A stretch of 61,040 nt of DNA, filler included, from Sphacelaria rigidula (GCA_964200075.2; 9 parts of 9 records of this genome joined end to end with filler, not necessarily neighbours in it); one strand, 5' to 3'; numbered from the whole stretch's first letter, positions 24,423-38,200 are shown. The notes: a model not told the origin generated them from the sequence alone. A program made the numbers and translations.

Positions 24423-25524
24423 AAGTCGAGGTGACGCCCGAAGCTACTCGTTATATGGTGCGTCAAGTCATTTGTACCGTAACATTTTGGTGATGATGTT
24501 TTGAAGAAGGTTTGGTTCCTTCGTGGCCAACTGACGAGCAGGCTGGTTGTGAAACGACGGCGCAGATGGCGCGCAGCAGACGCCATCTCGCTTGGAGTGC
24601 TTCGGAGTGACGGCTGTTTCGTGTGTTACGAATTTGTGTCCGAAGACAACGGTTCTTTTTTGGCGTTTGTTTGTCGCGTGTATGTCGTTCTTGTGTCTAG
24701 GATTCTACATCGGAGTATGTCTGAGTTTCGCTTTTTTTGCACATAGGGCGGGGTAGAATGAGAGGAACAGGTCGCAGAATATTTTGGTATTTTGGGGAGT
24801 GGGATGGCTCTAGGGCGATTTGGAAGAGGGAGAGTAGGCGAATACGGTCACCTTCGGAGGTGTCACTATGAGATCTTAGGTAAAAAAAGATGTGGGTGAT
24901 TATTTGTTCGTCAATCACTTGCCCTCACCTTCATACCACAGTTCCTTACCAATTTGGTTTTTGTGGAGGGAGAAAACAAGGCACAATACAGAGCGCCTGT
25001 TTTTTCTCCCTCTCAAGTCCCCTTCTGGATTTGCCGTAAAGTATACGCAGTGATGATATTCACTTGCGTCGTTTGTCCCGACCCTACGGTTATGGTACTG
25101 GGTAATAGAATGGAGAGCACGGTGAACGGCAAAATTCGCCCGACCACGATAATGGCTCCGTGTGGAACGTATTGCAAGCGGGGCGAAGTATGGATTGGAT
25201 GTACCCCAAGCCACGAGCAGAAGAAACCGATACAATCCCCCACTAGGCTGATTTTTGCATGTGCTCGCGCTGCACTCGATTGTATCTTAGTATTGCTCTT
25301 TTCTATTGACGGACAGTCGCCCGATATCTCGAACCCGTGATCACAGACTCAGGCTCTTTTTCAGTACTGTCATACTTTTCCTTACTTATGTGAGAAAGGA
25401 GCATTTCTTCGTGAGCGGCTTGCTCTGAGATCCCAAAACAGATAGAATAAAGCAACAATGAGAGAGACATGCTTCTTTCAACGGCGATCTACCTCAAAAT
25501 TTCGAGCAAAAAATGGCCCAAAAT

Positions 25525-25551
25525 ACCCCCCCCCCTATCGTAGGATGACTC
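25525..25551 (-). repeat. TIR-like terminus GAGTCATCCTACGATAG-oligoG
   Basis: Same terminus at 33572-33599 on the + strand. Confidence 0.55.
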
Positions 25552-27075
25552 AAAGGAGCTCTCCTCCTAGCGGTACCACAGCAGAGTGTGCTCTCGCGTG
25601 GTGCGAGTTGCTTGCGTTCATTTGCGTGGTGGTCCAGTTTGCCATATAGACTTGTTAGCCCCTTTCTTTACGCCCTGGTACCGCTCGGAAACATCTTGGG
25701 CGAGTTATGTTCATGACGTCGCGTCGTTCGGAAAGCGAGGCGGTGTTCGTTGACTCGCTGTTGTAGACGAGCCGCGGGTTGGTCGGCCTTCCCCATATCC
25801 GGGGACCGGACATGGAGATGTACGCAGGGGCCTTGTCGTGAATCGGCATCATTTACAGTCTTCTTCAAGCAAAAATGATGCCGATTCTCAAAATGATCCG
25901 TCCAACACCCCGAGAAACATGTTCGCCGAAAACGTGCACCCCTACCGTAGCACGGCTTTCTAATACGAACGGTAACTTGTCGATTACTGTTCCGTTCTTC
26001 AATGACTGCGTGATACCGATTCCCGAAAAGTTTGGTGTTGCTGTTCGATGGTATCCTCGGATGTTTAAGTGGACCCGAAGCGGCCACCTTCCCTCAGATT
26101 TTGAGAGCCGTTTGAATTGTGTGGATACAGTTGATAGAAATCGAACTCTCTACGTTTCACAGATGTTGCGACTTCGGTGCAGTTTGTCACCGTGATCACC
26201 TCTAAGCAGACAGGAGTACGCGCTAGAGTAATGAGAGGTAGCTATGATCCGGTTTGCCTGCCGTACTGCCGACAGCGTCGCGTGAAAGCCACAAGACCCT
26301 TGCTGTCGGTGGTTGATGGCGTGGGTCTCGAATACAGCGACATGCGGTTGATCGTAGAGCACTCCCGTCTCTCCTGCCAACTTGTGATAATCCATGACCT
26401 CCTGACATCGGAATTTTTTTACTTATGGGAAGCTACTCGTACTGTACCGAGCAGTCCACGCGACCAGGGTGTGCTACACATTGCCTATGCGCCACGCTAG
26501 CAACAGTTAGGTCACCACCATGGATATACTTTTTTCACTCCGCCGCATGTCAAAAAGGTCTCTACAAGTGTTTGATCTCTCATACACCCCCCTCAACTGG
26601 CGTTTGGCAGGCCCTTCTGCTCGGGCACCCCGTTGGGGGAGGCCGGCGAAAATCAACGATAGATAACACCCCGTAAGTTCAAAATGGGATCTATCTGTTA
26701 TTGCCGCAGCACCGCCCTTCCTGGCATGTGTGTGACAGAGAACAGTAGTAGCGGTGACGGGAACATTGCTCTATTTTTCAACGACATGTTTTTCATCGCA
26801 CAGAGGCGCGTCCTGTCCAAAAGGAGAGACAGAGAGGAATCGATCTTCGCATTTGTGAGCTCGACAGGCAAGAAGAGACGACGAAATCTCTCCGCACGTC
26901 GTGTTGTGGCACATGAAAAATTTGGCACATGCTGGTGTAATAACATTGATGATGCCAGTTTCTCAAGCGATTGGTAATCGCCGAGCGAGGACACACAAAG
27001 GACACGGGCGAGGAGTTTCCTCTCTGTCGTTTCTTCTATCTCTGGGGATATCGTCATCGACACGCGTGTACACCG

Positions 27076-27175
27076 NNNNNNNNNNNNNNNNNNNNNNNNN
27101 NNNNNNNNNNNNNNNNNNNTTAATTAATTAANNNNNNNNNNNNNNNNNNNNNNNNNNNNNNNNNNNNNNNNNNNN
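27076..27175. other. Artificial contig linker
   Basis: Same 100-bp block. Confidence 0.97.
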
Positions 27176-30100
27176 GTAAGCACTGTTTTAGGCTTGAACC
27201 TCATCTCGGAGTTAAACCTCAAGTCGTACAATTTGTTGTCAAGTGTTTCAAATATTTCTGGGGTCCCGGTTTTCAAGGCAACTGTACCTAAGTTCTCGGG
27301 GAAGAGTTCAGAGTTCAACCGGGAAGAGTTCAGAGTTCAACCGCTACAGTCACGAACTAATCATATTTGCCAGGAGAGAAGCAGTTGATTGGGTGTTCAC
27401 TATGTCAGAAGATAGGGCATATGATGTGGAGGTGGGAAACAAGGCTTTATCCTTAACTTATCTTGATGCAAGGCACGGAAAGGGCACTGTAGCTGCAAAC
27501 GTGAGAGCAAGGCAAATGCTGGTGGCGAGTCTCGGACATAGGCGGAACCGGGATGTTCTGTTCAGAATTCCGTCTCCTGTAGCTGTATGGCGTTAGTTGA
27601 ATGATTTCTACAGCCCCAAGATCAACGGAGCTAGATAAGCTCTTCTAGAAAAGTATGATCACGTGAAGATTGGCGTTCGCGACGATCCCGTACACGAACT
27701 AATCGAGATGGAAGAGGTGGCGAGAGAGTTACAATCACACGACACCAACATCATCCTGACGGAGGCGCAAACCGTCCTCAAATTTGTCAATGCGCTTCCT
27801 TGCAAGTATAACTATCAAAAACAGGCGTTGGAGGAGCGCGAAGGTCCGCTCACGAGGGAAGTCGTAATGACGTCGGTTCGAAAACGTTTCGAATCGGCAC
27901 TTTTCAAGCAGGAACTCGCCAACGGGAAGAAGGCTTCCCCGGGCGACCAGGCCCTTGCTGTCAAGGGCCATCCCGGCAAACCTAACGCTTCACACCGGAA
28001 AGGTAAACCGGGAAAGACCCAGAACCCAGGCCGCGCAGGTGATGGGGGGCAGGCAAAAAACAATGAGTCGCCGGCTTCATCAACTACGAGCCAGTCGGGG
28101 GCTGTGACGCCGTGGACGTGCCACGTTCGTCAGAAGATAACCACACATCGGGCGAGAGACTGTCCAGACAGGTGCTGCGCTAGGTGCGGGAAGAGAGGAC
28201 GTAGTTTGTTTGACTGTCAGAGTACTGTGGAGGACGCGGCGACTGTGTAGGACGCGGCGATTGTGATGGGCGTGGTGGAAGACGTTGTGGACGACGACTC
28301 CGTCTGTTTGGATGCTGATGCAGAAGCGTTCACCAGCCTCGACATGGCGGTAAATGAGGTCAACACAGGCGAGTATGCGTTTGCAACTGGGAAGGGGGGT
28401 GTAGAGCAGTCAGATGGGGGCGAACTGTGGGTACTTGACACGGGGGCCACTTCGCATTTTTCTCCGGATTCAAGTAAGATGGCGGATTATAGAAAATGCA
28501 GTGGAAGGGTACTACGGTGTGCGGGCGGTGGTACCTACCCGATCGTGGGAAGAGGAAACTTGGCTCTATCTTTACGATCTGACGGACGCGATATAGTCTT
28601 GCATTTGAAAATTATAGACCATGCACCTTGTGTCCGTCACCATCTGTTGTCATTGACCAGGATGTCTAACGCGGGTCACACCTGCATTGGGTCTAGTAAT
28701 GGCTTCCGGGTTGAGTTGAAGTCAGGCAATACCCTGAAAATCCCCGGTCAGAACAGACAACTAATAATGTACGCCCAACGCACGTATCCGAAAGGTCATG
28801 ACAAGCATGCGACAGCATGCGCTGTGATTGCCCCGGGGAAACTTCCCAACCCCCAAGTTGAAGACGTAAATGATTTCCATTGCAAACACGCGCATGTTCA
28901 CGAGGACCTGCTCCGGCGGACTGCAAAGCAGCTCGGAGTGGAGCTGCGCGGTGAGTTGAGACCGTGCCGAGGATGCTCGGAAGGAAAGGGACTTCGGCAG
29001 CCCATCCCAAGATCGACCCATACACGAGCAGTTGAGCCACCTTCCAGAGTGTTTCTTGATCTCACAGGTCCAAAACCAGTTAGATCTCGGGGAGGAAAGT
29101 CGTACATATTTATAGTACGCGATGATTGCTCGCGAAACACTAGATCGTTTTTTCTGTGCACAAAGGACGAGTCCGTACAGTACTTCAGTAAATACATCGC
29201 AGAAATCCACCCCAGAAAATCGAGAAGATCCGCCGTGATGGTGGAGGTCAATTTTCGGAGGGGGCGTTCGAGGAGCTATGTGGTCGAGAGAAAAAAAAAA
29301 AAAACTACTGACTCCCCACAGTTCAACGGAGTAGCGGAGCGTGCAATTGGCATCATAGAGTCGGGCGGCCTTGCAGCCAAAATTCAGGCATCGGAGATGT
29401 CCCCGAACCAGAATATCCCAACTAGCAAGAATCTGTGGGCGGAACAAGCTAACTGGGCATGCCATGCTTTGAATTGTACTGCGACCTCGGCTAACCCGGG
29501 AAACAAGACGCCACACGAAATGTGGCACGGAGTACCACCGGAAAACAACCTTCTTCCTTTTTTAAAGCCTGGATTTTGTAGGGTTCAGAGGACAGACAAG
29601 TTACAACGAAAAGCTCAGAGGTGCTGGTACCTTAGCCCAGTCCCAGGATACCCGCGCGATGCTATGAGAGTGATGACGGAAACAGGACAAACTATCACGA
29701 AAATGCACGTAACATGGGCGTATGTCCCCCCTACTCCTCTCCCCGCCCCACAGCAAGCGATCCCGACGCCCGACGGAGCAAGGGATGACAAGATCAAGGG
29801 AGGGCCGGCCGGCAGCGAGTCCGCGAAACAGCCAACTCCGGTGGCGCGTGCTTCACCCCGCGTTTCACATCACGTGTCGTTCTTGCTTCCCAATCCAGAG
29901 CTGAACGCAGGCACGGCACAACAGACCCCCGGTATTGGCGGGGGGGGCGCGCGGGATTTTACGCGACCCTGTCCGGCATCTCATTGATGACGGGGAATCA
30001 GCGCCGCCCACATCGCCGCCGACAACGCCGATGTACGGGGGGATAGCAGTATCAAGTACTAATCGAAAGTAACACTGCGTTACACTGTCAACTACCGAAG

Positions 30101-30971
30101 CCGAGTACGTAGCTATGGCTGAAGGGGCGAAGGAATGCATGTTTGTCAGGTCGGTACTGTCTTTCCTACGACCAAGGGTTGTGTTGGGACGACAAGTGGA
30201 GTATGGTATTGTTCTATATGAAGAAAATGAGGGGGGCAAGGCTCTAGCCGACAATCCTCTCAGCTCAGGTCGTAGTAAGCATATCGACGTGAGGTGGCAT
30301 TTTATTAGGGACTTAGTTAGGACGGGAGCAGTGAGGATTGTACATGTGGATTCAGAGTGGCAACATGCTGATATCCTTACAAAGCCGCTCCCATTCACGC
30401 TGTTCAAGAGGCACCGTCGCGCCTTGATGAACGCTGGGGACAGCGAGTAGACACATATTTTGTTTTTTGTGTTTCTTCCGATTTGTCAGCTCTAGATGTT
30501 TCAGGTTGTGGTTTCCGTAATGCATCTGCACTCACATCGGGTGAAGCCGCTCGCGCTACTTTGTGGGGCATAGGTTTGTAGGGCGTTTCCCGTTGTCAAG
30601 TGCAGGTGCCCTGGCCTGGGCGTCTGCGAAAAAGGTCTGTTTTGAGCACAAGAGGTGGAGTTTGTGTAATAAAGGTTTTGTGCTCGGAAGGCCGAGTTTC
30701 CTCCTTATTATTATTTGTGTTTTAGCTTTGAGTGCTGAGATATCCAATCAGGGGGAGTGTTCAAGTGATTCAGATACCCAGTAATGCTGCATATACGTAG
30801 AACCGAGGATCGGGGTGACGTACGAGTACCGACAGTCAAGTGTGTACAAATGTGGTACAGTAAAGCTGAGAGCAGCGGAGCAGCCCGCCACCCTTGTTCA
30901 TTCTCATTCATCTACCTTCCATCTCATCAGCACTCTCCCAAGTTACAGTAGAACTTGGATGCTCTTCAATA
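27176..30971 (+). mobile_element. Decayed Ty1/copia LTR retrotransposon lacking RT
   Basis: gag 27240-28250, protease WVLDTGATSH, GAG-pre-integrase HH-CC, integrase VFLDLTGP...PQFNGVAER, then directly RNase H STTEAEYVA...SKHIDVRWHFIRD...ADILTK. Confidence 0.93.
30758..30971 (+). repeat. 3' LTR of the copia element with upstream polypurine tract (30750-30757)
   Basis: AGGGGGAG|TGTTCAAG...CTTCAATA. Confidence 0.65.
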
Positions 30972-31030
30972 ATAGGCCTGAAACCATTACCCTGTGCCTG
31001 AGCCAAGGAATAGCAGGTACTTGCCCCTAC

Positions 31031-33265
31031 CTCCTGAGCAGGAATGACAAACGCAGAGCCTTCTACAGCGGATCGTGGAACCCCACCAGATCCAAGCCCA
31101 CCCGCCAACGACATCTTCGCAATACCGCCAGCCGCCGCAGGTCCATCATTGCCGACTCCGCTGCCAACTGTCCCTTTTGTTGCCGCACTCCTCTGACTGT
31201 AAACGCTTGCGGCCCCATCGCTGTCGTTCGAGCCTCCCGACAGAGCGGTGAGTTTCGTGCCCGCTGATGACTCTGATGCCGCAGATGCCGCGGATGCAAC
31301 AGTACCCCCGCTAGCGAAGCCCTTTTTTTTTCCTTGGCGGGAACCCGTCGTGGTGCTAACGTACTCGATGAATGGAACCTGGTGTACGTTAGCATTTGTT
31401 GTAAAACGTGTATTGGACACTCCAAGTACAAACGGAATCCAACTTACTGTAGTTCAATTTATGCCAACGCCAATAATTCTTGGTACGGGACTTTCATGGA
31501 CAAACGAATGCTTCGTGTACAAAGGGATGCTCCAGCAGGGAAAATCTATATTGGTCTAGCGGTCAACAAAGGTGAGCACGTGCTGGCGCAGCTGACGTGG
31601 GCTGAAAAATCATGTTCTGTGTACGTCTGCTTCATCCCCCCCCCCATGAGGTTTTGATTCGCTGTTATTGATGATGTCTTTTGGTGAATGCAAATTGTCT
31701 ATGCTACACGTCGGGCACTTCGGCGCGCGCGGGGGGGTGCCAACCGATAAGCAGCATCCCCTACAAACATGTTCGACAGGTGTAGGTATGTGCTAAGGGT
31801 GAATGCATGGACGTCGTTCGAGTGATCCTACTCACAATCGGCCTCGCTTTACTCTATCCCAGCCCCTGCGTTCACGAGGAAGGTGGACACGGCTTTTGCA
31901 AGCCACAACTCATCGTGCCAAAACGTTGGTCGTGCACAGTGCGCCATGGGATAATCCTTCTCTACAGGACTGCTCTCCATGGTTTTGCGGGGGTCTTCAG
32001 ATGACATTGCACTCAATCATGACGACCAATCCAGTCAACACAGCTAGATGAGACCAAACAGAGTTGCGTATATGTTGAAGCATATTTGATTCGCACCACG
32101 CAACCGCGAACCTGTCTGTTGATGATGCGCCGAAATGGCGCAGCCCCCCGAGCATTTGCTGGGGGCTCGAATATCGCTCCAGGGGGATCCAGAGGGGAAG
32201 CATTGGGATGTTCATCGCATGTCTGTGGGGTCGCTCCTTCGCGTCCTCCGTTCGCCGAATTCTCCTTGTTCTCGTAAGCCGCGCTCTCCTTCTTCATTTG
32301 CTTTTTTCTGCAGATTCCGTAATGAGCTAGTGACATGCGTATCTATGTTTTCAAGTAGAGCCTACTATAGTTGGTGATCGAGAAGAATACTCCGCGATTC
32401 AGTTATGTACGCCATGAGTTCTGGATTTCATTCCGCAAAACAGTCATAGCAAGAGGTGGCTGCATCTTGATACTTCTATCGATCGTAGTTTACGACACTA
32501 ATTCCATCTTGGTATGTGCCAGTCGGCCAAAGCATATGGACGATGGCTCAACAGATGAGACATGCTTCTATCCGCACACAGCTCAATCCCCAGATATATA
32601 GATCTGTTTTCTGAGCTGGTGTTGACTTTCATCCACACAGTAAAATCCAAAATTAACGACGTGCCCGATCGCTGGTAACTCGAAGGCGTTGTAATGCGTA
32701 AGAGGACCGCGTGCTTAGAGGATCGCGCCGTAGTTCAAAATACGTCAGGATCGACGTTTAAAAAAACAATCGGGCCAGTCCCTGCAGGTACCACGCCCCT
32801 GAACATAACCCTAATACTAACCCTGACCCTAACCCTAACCCTACGGATGTTCAAATTCCGATGCGGTCCTCTAAGCACGCGGTCCTCTCACGCATTACAG
32901 GCGTATTGATGCGGGCAGATATCTTGCGCAGTACAGCATATTGCTGTCGCTTTGAAGGCGCAGGAATGGGTTCGCTTCTCTCCGACGGTAACGTCATTTT
33001 TCCAAGTGTACAGAATGTCGAAGTCCAATGCATAGGTATTCACCAAAAGTATCAAAAGAAGGCTTTCCAGGGATGTCGCTCACCTGGTGTCCGCCAACTT
33101 TTGGAGCGCTTTGTTGAGCTTGCGATTCACCAGCTCTACGTAACTTGCCATATTGGGCATCGCGTGGATTATCGAACTCTTCCCTACCCCTGGCGCTCCC
33201 GTTATCACCACTGCTGTCCTACGGCAAGACCATAAAGCTTCCCACAGTTCTGTTCCTGCGTTGAT
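31031..33265 (-). CDS. Two exons (33084-33265; 31031-31355) of a P-loop NTPase, dynein heavy chain AAA-like
   Basis: CAG acceptor and GTGAGC donor around ELWEALWSCRRTAVVITGAPGVGKSSII (Walker A); phase-2 join to a Gly/Ser-rich exon ending GAG|GTAGGG; the dynein call is inferred. Confidence 0.55.
32690..32899. mobile_element. 210-bp MITE with TGT...ACA ends, ~35-bp TIR and 5-bp TSD, carrying telomere-like repeats
   Basis: GGCGT|TGTAATGCGT(A/G)AGAGGACCGCGTGCTTAGAGGA...ACGCATTACA|GGCGT; (TAACCC)-like tract at 32806-32843. Confidence 0.85.
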
Positions 33266-33571
33266 CTGGTGCCCGAAAGCATTTAGGAAAAGAGAGGAGC
33301 GAGTGTCCAGTAACACCCATGCCGTACTGTGCGTCGACGATTAACTTCGCATCCCTGCAACGTCACGACAGAGAATACGCAGGGCTGTCCTTGACCTAAC
33401 CAGGTGGTCGGACACCCTCGCTCTACTCTCTCACACCGAATATTGTCGCCGTATTTCGCAGGGTAGAGATTGCCTCGAAACACTGCTCGAAACTGAGAGA
33501 CTTCAGCTTTATCGTTAAAGGAGGAATGATATAGTGGAGATACGATGGTCGCCGGTTTTTGTTAAGGGTCA

Positions 33572-33599
33572 GAGTCATCCTACGATAGGGGGGGGGGGG
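33572..33599 (+). repeat. TIR-like terminus GAGTCATCCTACGATAG-oligoG
   Basis: Matches the reverse complement of 25525-25551. Confidence 0.55.
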
Positions 33600-33805
33600 T
33601 GTTTGATTGCACGAAAACAAAAGGCTCAAAAGCGTGTCAGACGACCTGCCACACTCGCGATGCGCTTGTATTTCGTTCATAACGGTGTCAATCGTTATAA
33701 ATGAGCGTTATTCATCTATAACAACTCGCTCGAGCAACCGTTGCTGATCTCAACGACGATATGCCTTGGAATAAGTGGAATAAGTGGCTTGAAATACCAC
33801 CCCCC

Positions 33806-33868
33806 CCCGTCTCGAAAGGGATGCGTGGTCAATGGTCAAACGACTAAGGCAAGCAACAAATGAGGACG
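33806..33868 (+). mobile_element. LINE family A 3' end, preceded by a C run and cut at the contig end
   Basis: CCGTCTCGAAAGGGATGCGTGGTCAATGGTCAAACGACTAAGGCAAGCAACAAATGAGGACG. Confidence 0.8.
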
Positions 33869-33968
33869 NNNNNNNNNNNNNNNNNNNNNNNNNNNNNNNN
33901 NNNNNNNNNNNNTTAATTAATTAANNNNNNNNNNNNNNNNNNNNNNNNNNNNNNNNNNNNNNNNNNNN
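33869..33968. other. Artificial contig linker
   Basis: Same 100-bp block. Confidence 0.97.
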
Positions 33969-34082
33969 TTGGGAGGCAAAATCTTCACGTAAATCGGAAT
34001 AGGAAAAGCAGAGCACAGCGAGAAGCTGGGAATTCCCACGCTTGGATTCGTTCTAGACAATGTCGCCAATATGAGGCGCTTT

Positions 34083-34175
34083 ATGCAGCCTAAAGCCGAA
34101 CATCAGGCGCTGTATGGCCATTTTTTTCGTGACAATTTTAGCTGGTTTTTGGGGGGGGCTATCGTAGAAAGTGTC
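34083..34175 (-). mobile_element. Terminus of a TIR element (CTACGATAG-oligoC family)
   Basis: Reverse complement of 20190-20282. Confidence 0.65.
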
Positions 34176-35288
34176 GGAACTGCGTCGTGCTACTCGACAT
34201 GAATAGAAAATGATGCTTGTGGCGTGCTTTGCCGTGCACTATCGTCAGTTCATGAAGGTGGTTCTTCACGAACCTCTGTGGGTGCCGGCCTTGTTCGTGC
34301 GGGGGCAGCTTGCTGGGAGAATAAAACGAGATAAAAAATAAATGCGGCCTCGATTGTCCGGGGTGCCCTGATGGAGGCTGCTTTGATTTGTTGTTATGCT
34401 CGTAGAAGCACGGGCGTTGTCGTGGACACATGGTGTCTACTTTACTAAACTCGGCTGAACAAGTGAAATATAAAAGCAAGAATCAAACTCTCATATAAGC
34501 ACGAATCAACCTCTTCCGCCATTGTGGGTGCATAGCGACCTGGCGGGATTCCTCGCGAAGTTTCAGTAAACAACCGGCGCCGATCCTGCGGCGGTCGACG
34601 CCTGGAACATGTCGTGGCGAATCTCGCCCAGCCCGTGTTCTGAATCGACCCGTCTACGCAGAGGGCCGCGCGTCCTCTGGAGGCCTTCGATCCCTCTGGG
34701 GGCTGCAGAAGTTGACCGGAAACTATGTATTAGGCGGGGTAGCGGTCGAAAATCGAGGAGGAATGTTGTTTGGGTACCGTCCTTGGGATCTTTCGTAGGC
34801 ATCGCGATACATTCGAAATAAAGACACATCTGCACTCTCCGCCTGTGAAATGTGGCCTCGCTCATCCTCGAAAACAGTCATCTGCAATTCGTCACCTCCG
34901 GTGTTTACACCGAACGATATCGTCCTCCAGTGATTCTGGTACAAAACACTGTTGATCTTATATTTAGTTTGCCACGATGAGTGAGGTCGCACATCACAGC
35001 CGGAGAATGCTTTTGTATTTTAATTTCGAAACCTTTTCAATGTTCATGAAGGTTCCCGAGGCTCGTCCTCTACCAAAAAATCTATCCTCAATTTTGAAAA
35101 TAGACTGCTTCGAGCGGAGGGGGGGGGGGCATGTGTAGTTATACCCTGGATAATTGTCCTGATGGTCCATCAAACAGGACACATACCACATGACACACTC
35201 TCGTCATCCTTCGGTGCGGCGAAATAATGGAAGATAACTCGAGATTATCACAACAAGCGACTGGATGTACCGGCGGTGCATACCTTAC

Positions 35289-38200
35289 GAGCATATTGAC
35301 GACGATCGATTGCGCTGCGGGTTTGGCGTGTAGATTGCCGTAAGCCTTGCTCTTCAAGTACGTCAGCGAAATACATTTCGCGTCGATACTGGGGTCCGAC
35401 GTCTGGAACGCCCAGGCAATGGCTTTCATTGTTTCCGGTGTAGTGGCGAAGCAGGCCTTTCGCCAGTGCCGCATCGTCACCAGCGACAGAGAATTCAAAC
35501 CCAGCTGTTTTCGGTGACGACGGGGACACCAACGGACCGTGGAGAAAAACATATAGCAGATGCGATGAATCCGAGTCGGCCATTTCAACGTCCGTGGAAG
35601 TTCAAAATGATTCATATTACCGTACACGACTTCTCCCGACAGAACAGAACATCATTACCGGCCCCCACATCGAATCGTCGCCCCCCCGCTCCAGAGCGGC
35701 AACTTCACTGCGACCGTCGTGCGTGCTGCATTACATACGTGGTCAACGTCTGTGTCGTGGTCGCTGTACACAGGATTGTTTCTCGACGTATGAGCGGGTG
35801 GGAGACGCAGTACACGCGTCGTAAACCGTCCGGCAACTAGTTTACCACAATACAAGCGGACTTGACTCGGTTCCGAGATGTAACATAAATGACCCGCGGC
35901 GCACATATGATACAATACGACTTTAAACTTCACCCAATGCCCACTATCGTCCCCGTGTAATGCAGACCCGGTTTTGTAGTACCCCGTTTTTCACATTCCA
36001 TCACTCACGTTCGTGAACTCCTTTGCTATTTGCTCCCCCGTGACGGCATCGCTCCCCGTCCTCTCCTGGACCGAGGTTATGATCCCAACGTACATGTAAA
36101 GCTTGTCGTACGTGTTGCGGGGGGACAGAGTCTCGCCAACATCCTTGAAAGCTGTTCGAAGACATGCAAGCAGCAGCAACGGTTGACGCGGTTATTATTC
36201 TCCGATGTTCCAGACTATTTATTCGAAAACATTTCCTCTCTGACACAGCTGATGCTGGCCAACAACAATATAAATCTATGAAGTCGTTTCTTTGGTCCTT
36301 CATATGTCTTTCTGTATTCGCTCGGACGATCCCGAAACACTTTGCGTTTGAGGGCGGACAGAGGTAAAACATTTGCCAGGCTTGTATGTTTGTCCGAGCA
36401 CGGTCAGCAGGGAAACAAAAGGCCCCGTGTTTTTTCCAACAGACCGTTCTTGGGCAAAAATGCAATTGTTGCAAAAATCACCTGCGGCCACTGGAAAACG
36501 CAAAGGTGTTGGTGAACCGTCTCAACGAGTGGAGCGATACAATTGCAGGTGTCAACAATCGCGTACGAGGTCGTTCGTTCGGCCAAAATAAAAAATGGCC
36601 ACCAGAAAAACGCGATAGTGTCCTGCAATCATCTTGATGGCTGAAGCACGACATTCGGAGGTGTCTGCGTTTGGGCCGTAACCCGACGCATCTGGACCAC
36701 ATACACAGTTCGTATCGGGTTATTCTTGCCTGCCATAAGAATCGGCATGGTAAGTGGCGACAGCCGAGATGCCGATTATGTCGACAGACCGCACGATCTA
36801 AGTACGACTGCATGTTACTTCAGAACTGTGGCGTTGGAATCTGCTATGTTTTGTTTTCGTTTAAAATCTAAGAATTGAACGAAAGGTCTGAAAAAAATGC
36901 GCCTAAACACGTCCCGTCGATGACGATCGGCCACTGCCCCTCCCCCGCTCCCCCCGCCGCCAATTCTTCACACAGGGCTCGGAGATAAGGGTGCAGATTA
37001 TGAATGGCAAAATGTTTGGACCAATCACAGCCTTGCCATGCACAAAAATGCGAGAAGGGCCCACTCCACCGGGACTAACAAAAGTAGCGAGAAACGGAAC
37101 AGATTTCTGCTTTTTGACGGAGAAAAACGGCCGTAAAACATCATCGCAGAACAAATATGAAAAGTTGTGAACTTTCGGAAAAACATCGCAGATGTGTCGC
37201 AAGTCTCGCAGATATTTCCCCCAGGGACGACATTGGGTGTGTGAGACGTACGAAATCTCGCCAACAAATATGTGTATGTGAAACAGCAACCAGAAACACC
37301 CAGGCGCCGAAGCACAGATATACGTGCCGGCACACTCGTGTATGCGAAGTGAAGGGCCATACTCTTTTTTTAGAGCCCGAAAAAGAGAAAAGGCGCATAA
37401 AAACATTTGAGGCGCCGATTTCCTCTTTTTAAGGGCTGAAAAAGAAGTAAGGCACACCTACAAAAAAAAGGCACAAAAAAACAACAAATATGTGCCGAAA
37501 ACGAAACAAAAAGAGGCGAAAGCATGAAAACAGTACCCGAAAAACACGAGGAAAAGTAGTCAAGGATCCAAAGTCTACACCTCCGGCACACCAAAATCGT
37601 CGCTTGAATCATAGACCCGCGGACGAGCCGTGTGAGAGGCCGAGCCTCAATTTCTGGCGCTAAACTAGTGTGCAGCCACAACAACCCCCCCGCCCCCCCC
37701 CCCAATGAGACCAGTCGTGATATCCCTGGCCGGGACAGGCGGAGGACGAGGTTCTCATCCTGATGCACAGCGTACACACGTAACCCCGCCACGTTGTTTC
37801 GTACATACTTGAGTCGGATGACCCAATCATTATGTTGGTATTTTGTAAACACTAGGCCGTGCAACAAGGTTTTTCTTGCATCAGATAGTTTGGTGCTCTC
37901 GAAACGATTGCGGAGGCACGTGGCTACAGAAAATACCATCGGTCAATATCGTGACTCACCGTCACCGAGAATGCGCATGACCTCTGGCCCGAATTCGGGG
38001 TACACCCTACACGGCACGCAGTGATCTTGCTCGAAAATCGATCTCGCCGCGGATATCCGATGATTTCCGTCCAAGACACGAAGATCACACGTCGAGAGAA
38101 ACTCCGGCGTTATTCGTCCATGCTCCGGGACACCTTCGTGCGTCATAACTATTGCTGGCGGATTGTGCGTGAGCCACCCCTTTGACTTCAACAAAGTGAT

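Noticed and set aside
32806..32843. Chromosome end
   Set aside because: Short, degenerate, and enclosed by MITE TIRs and a TSD.
34083..34175. Terminal repeat bounding the ParB-like/transposase unit
   Set aside because: Its body extends leftwards away from the gene, so it is a separate insertion; no bounding TIR pair was found on the contig.
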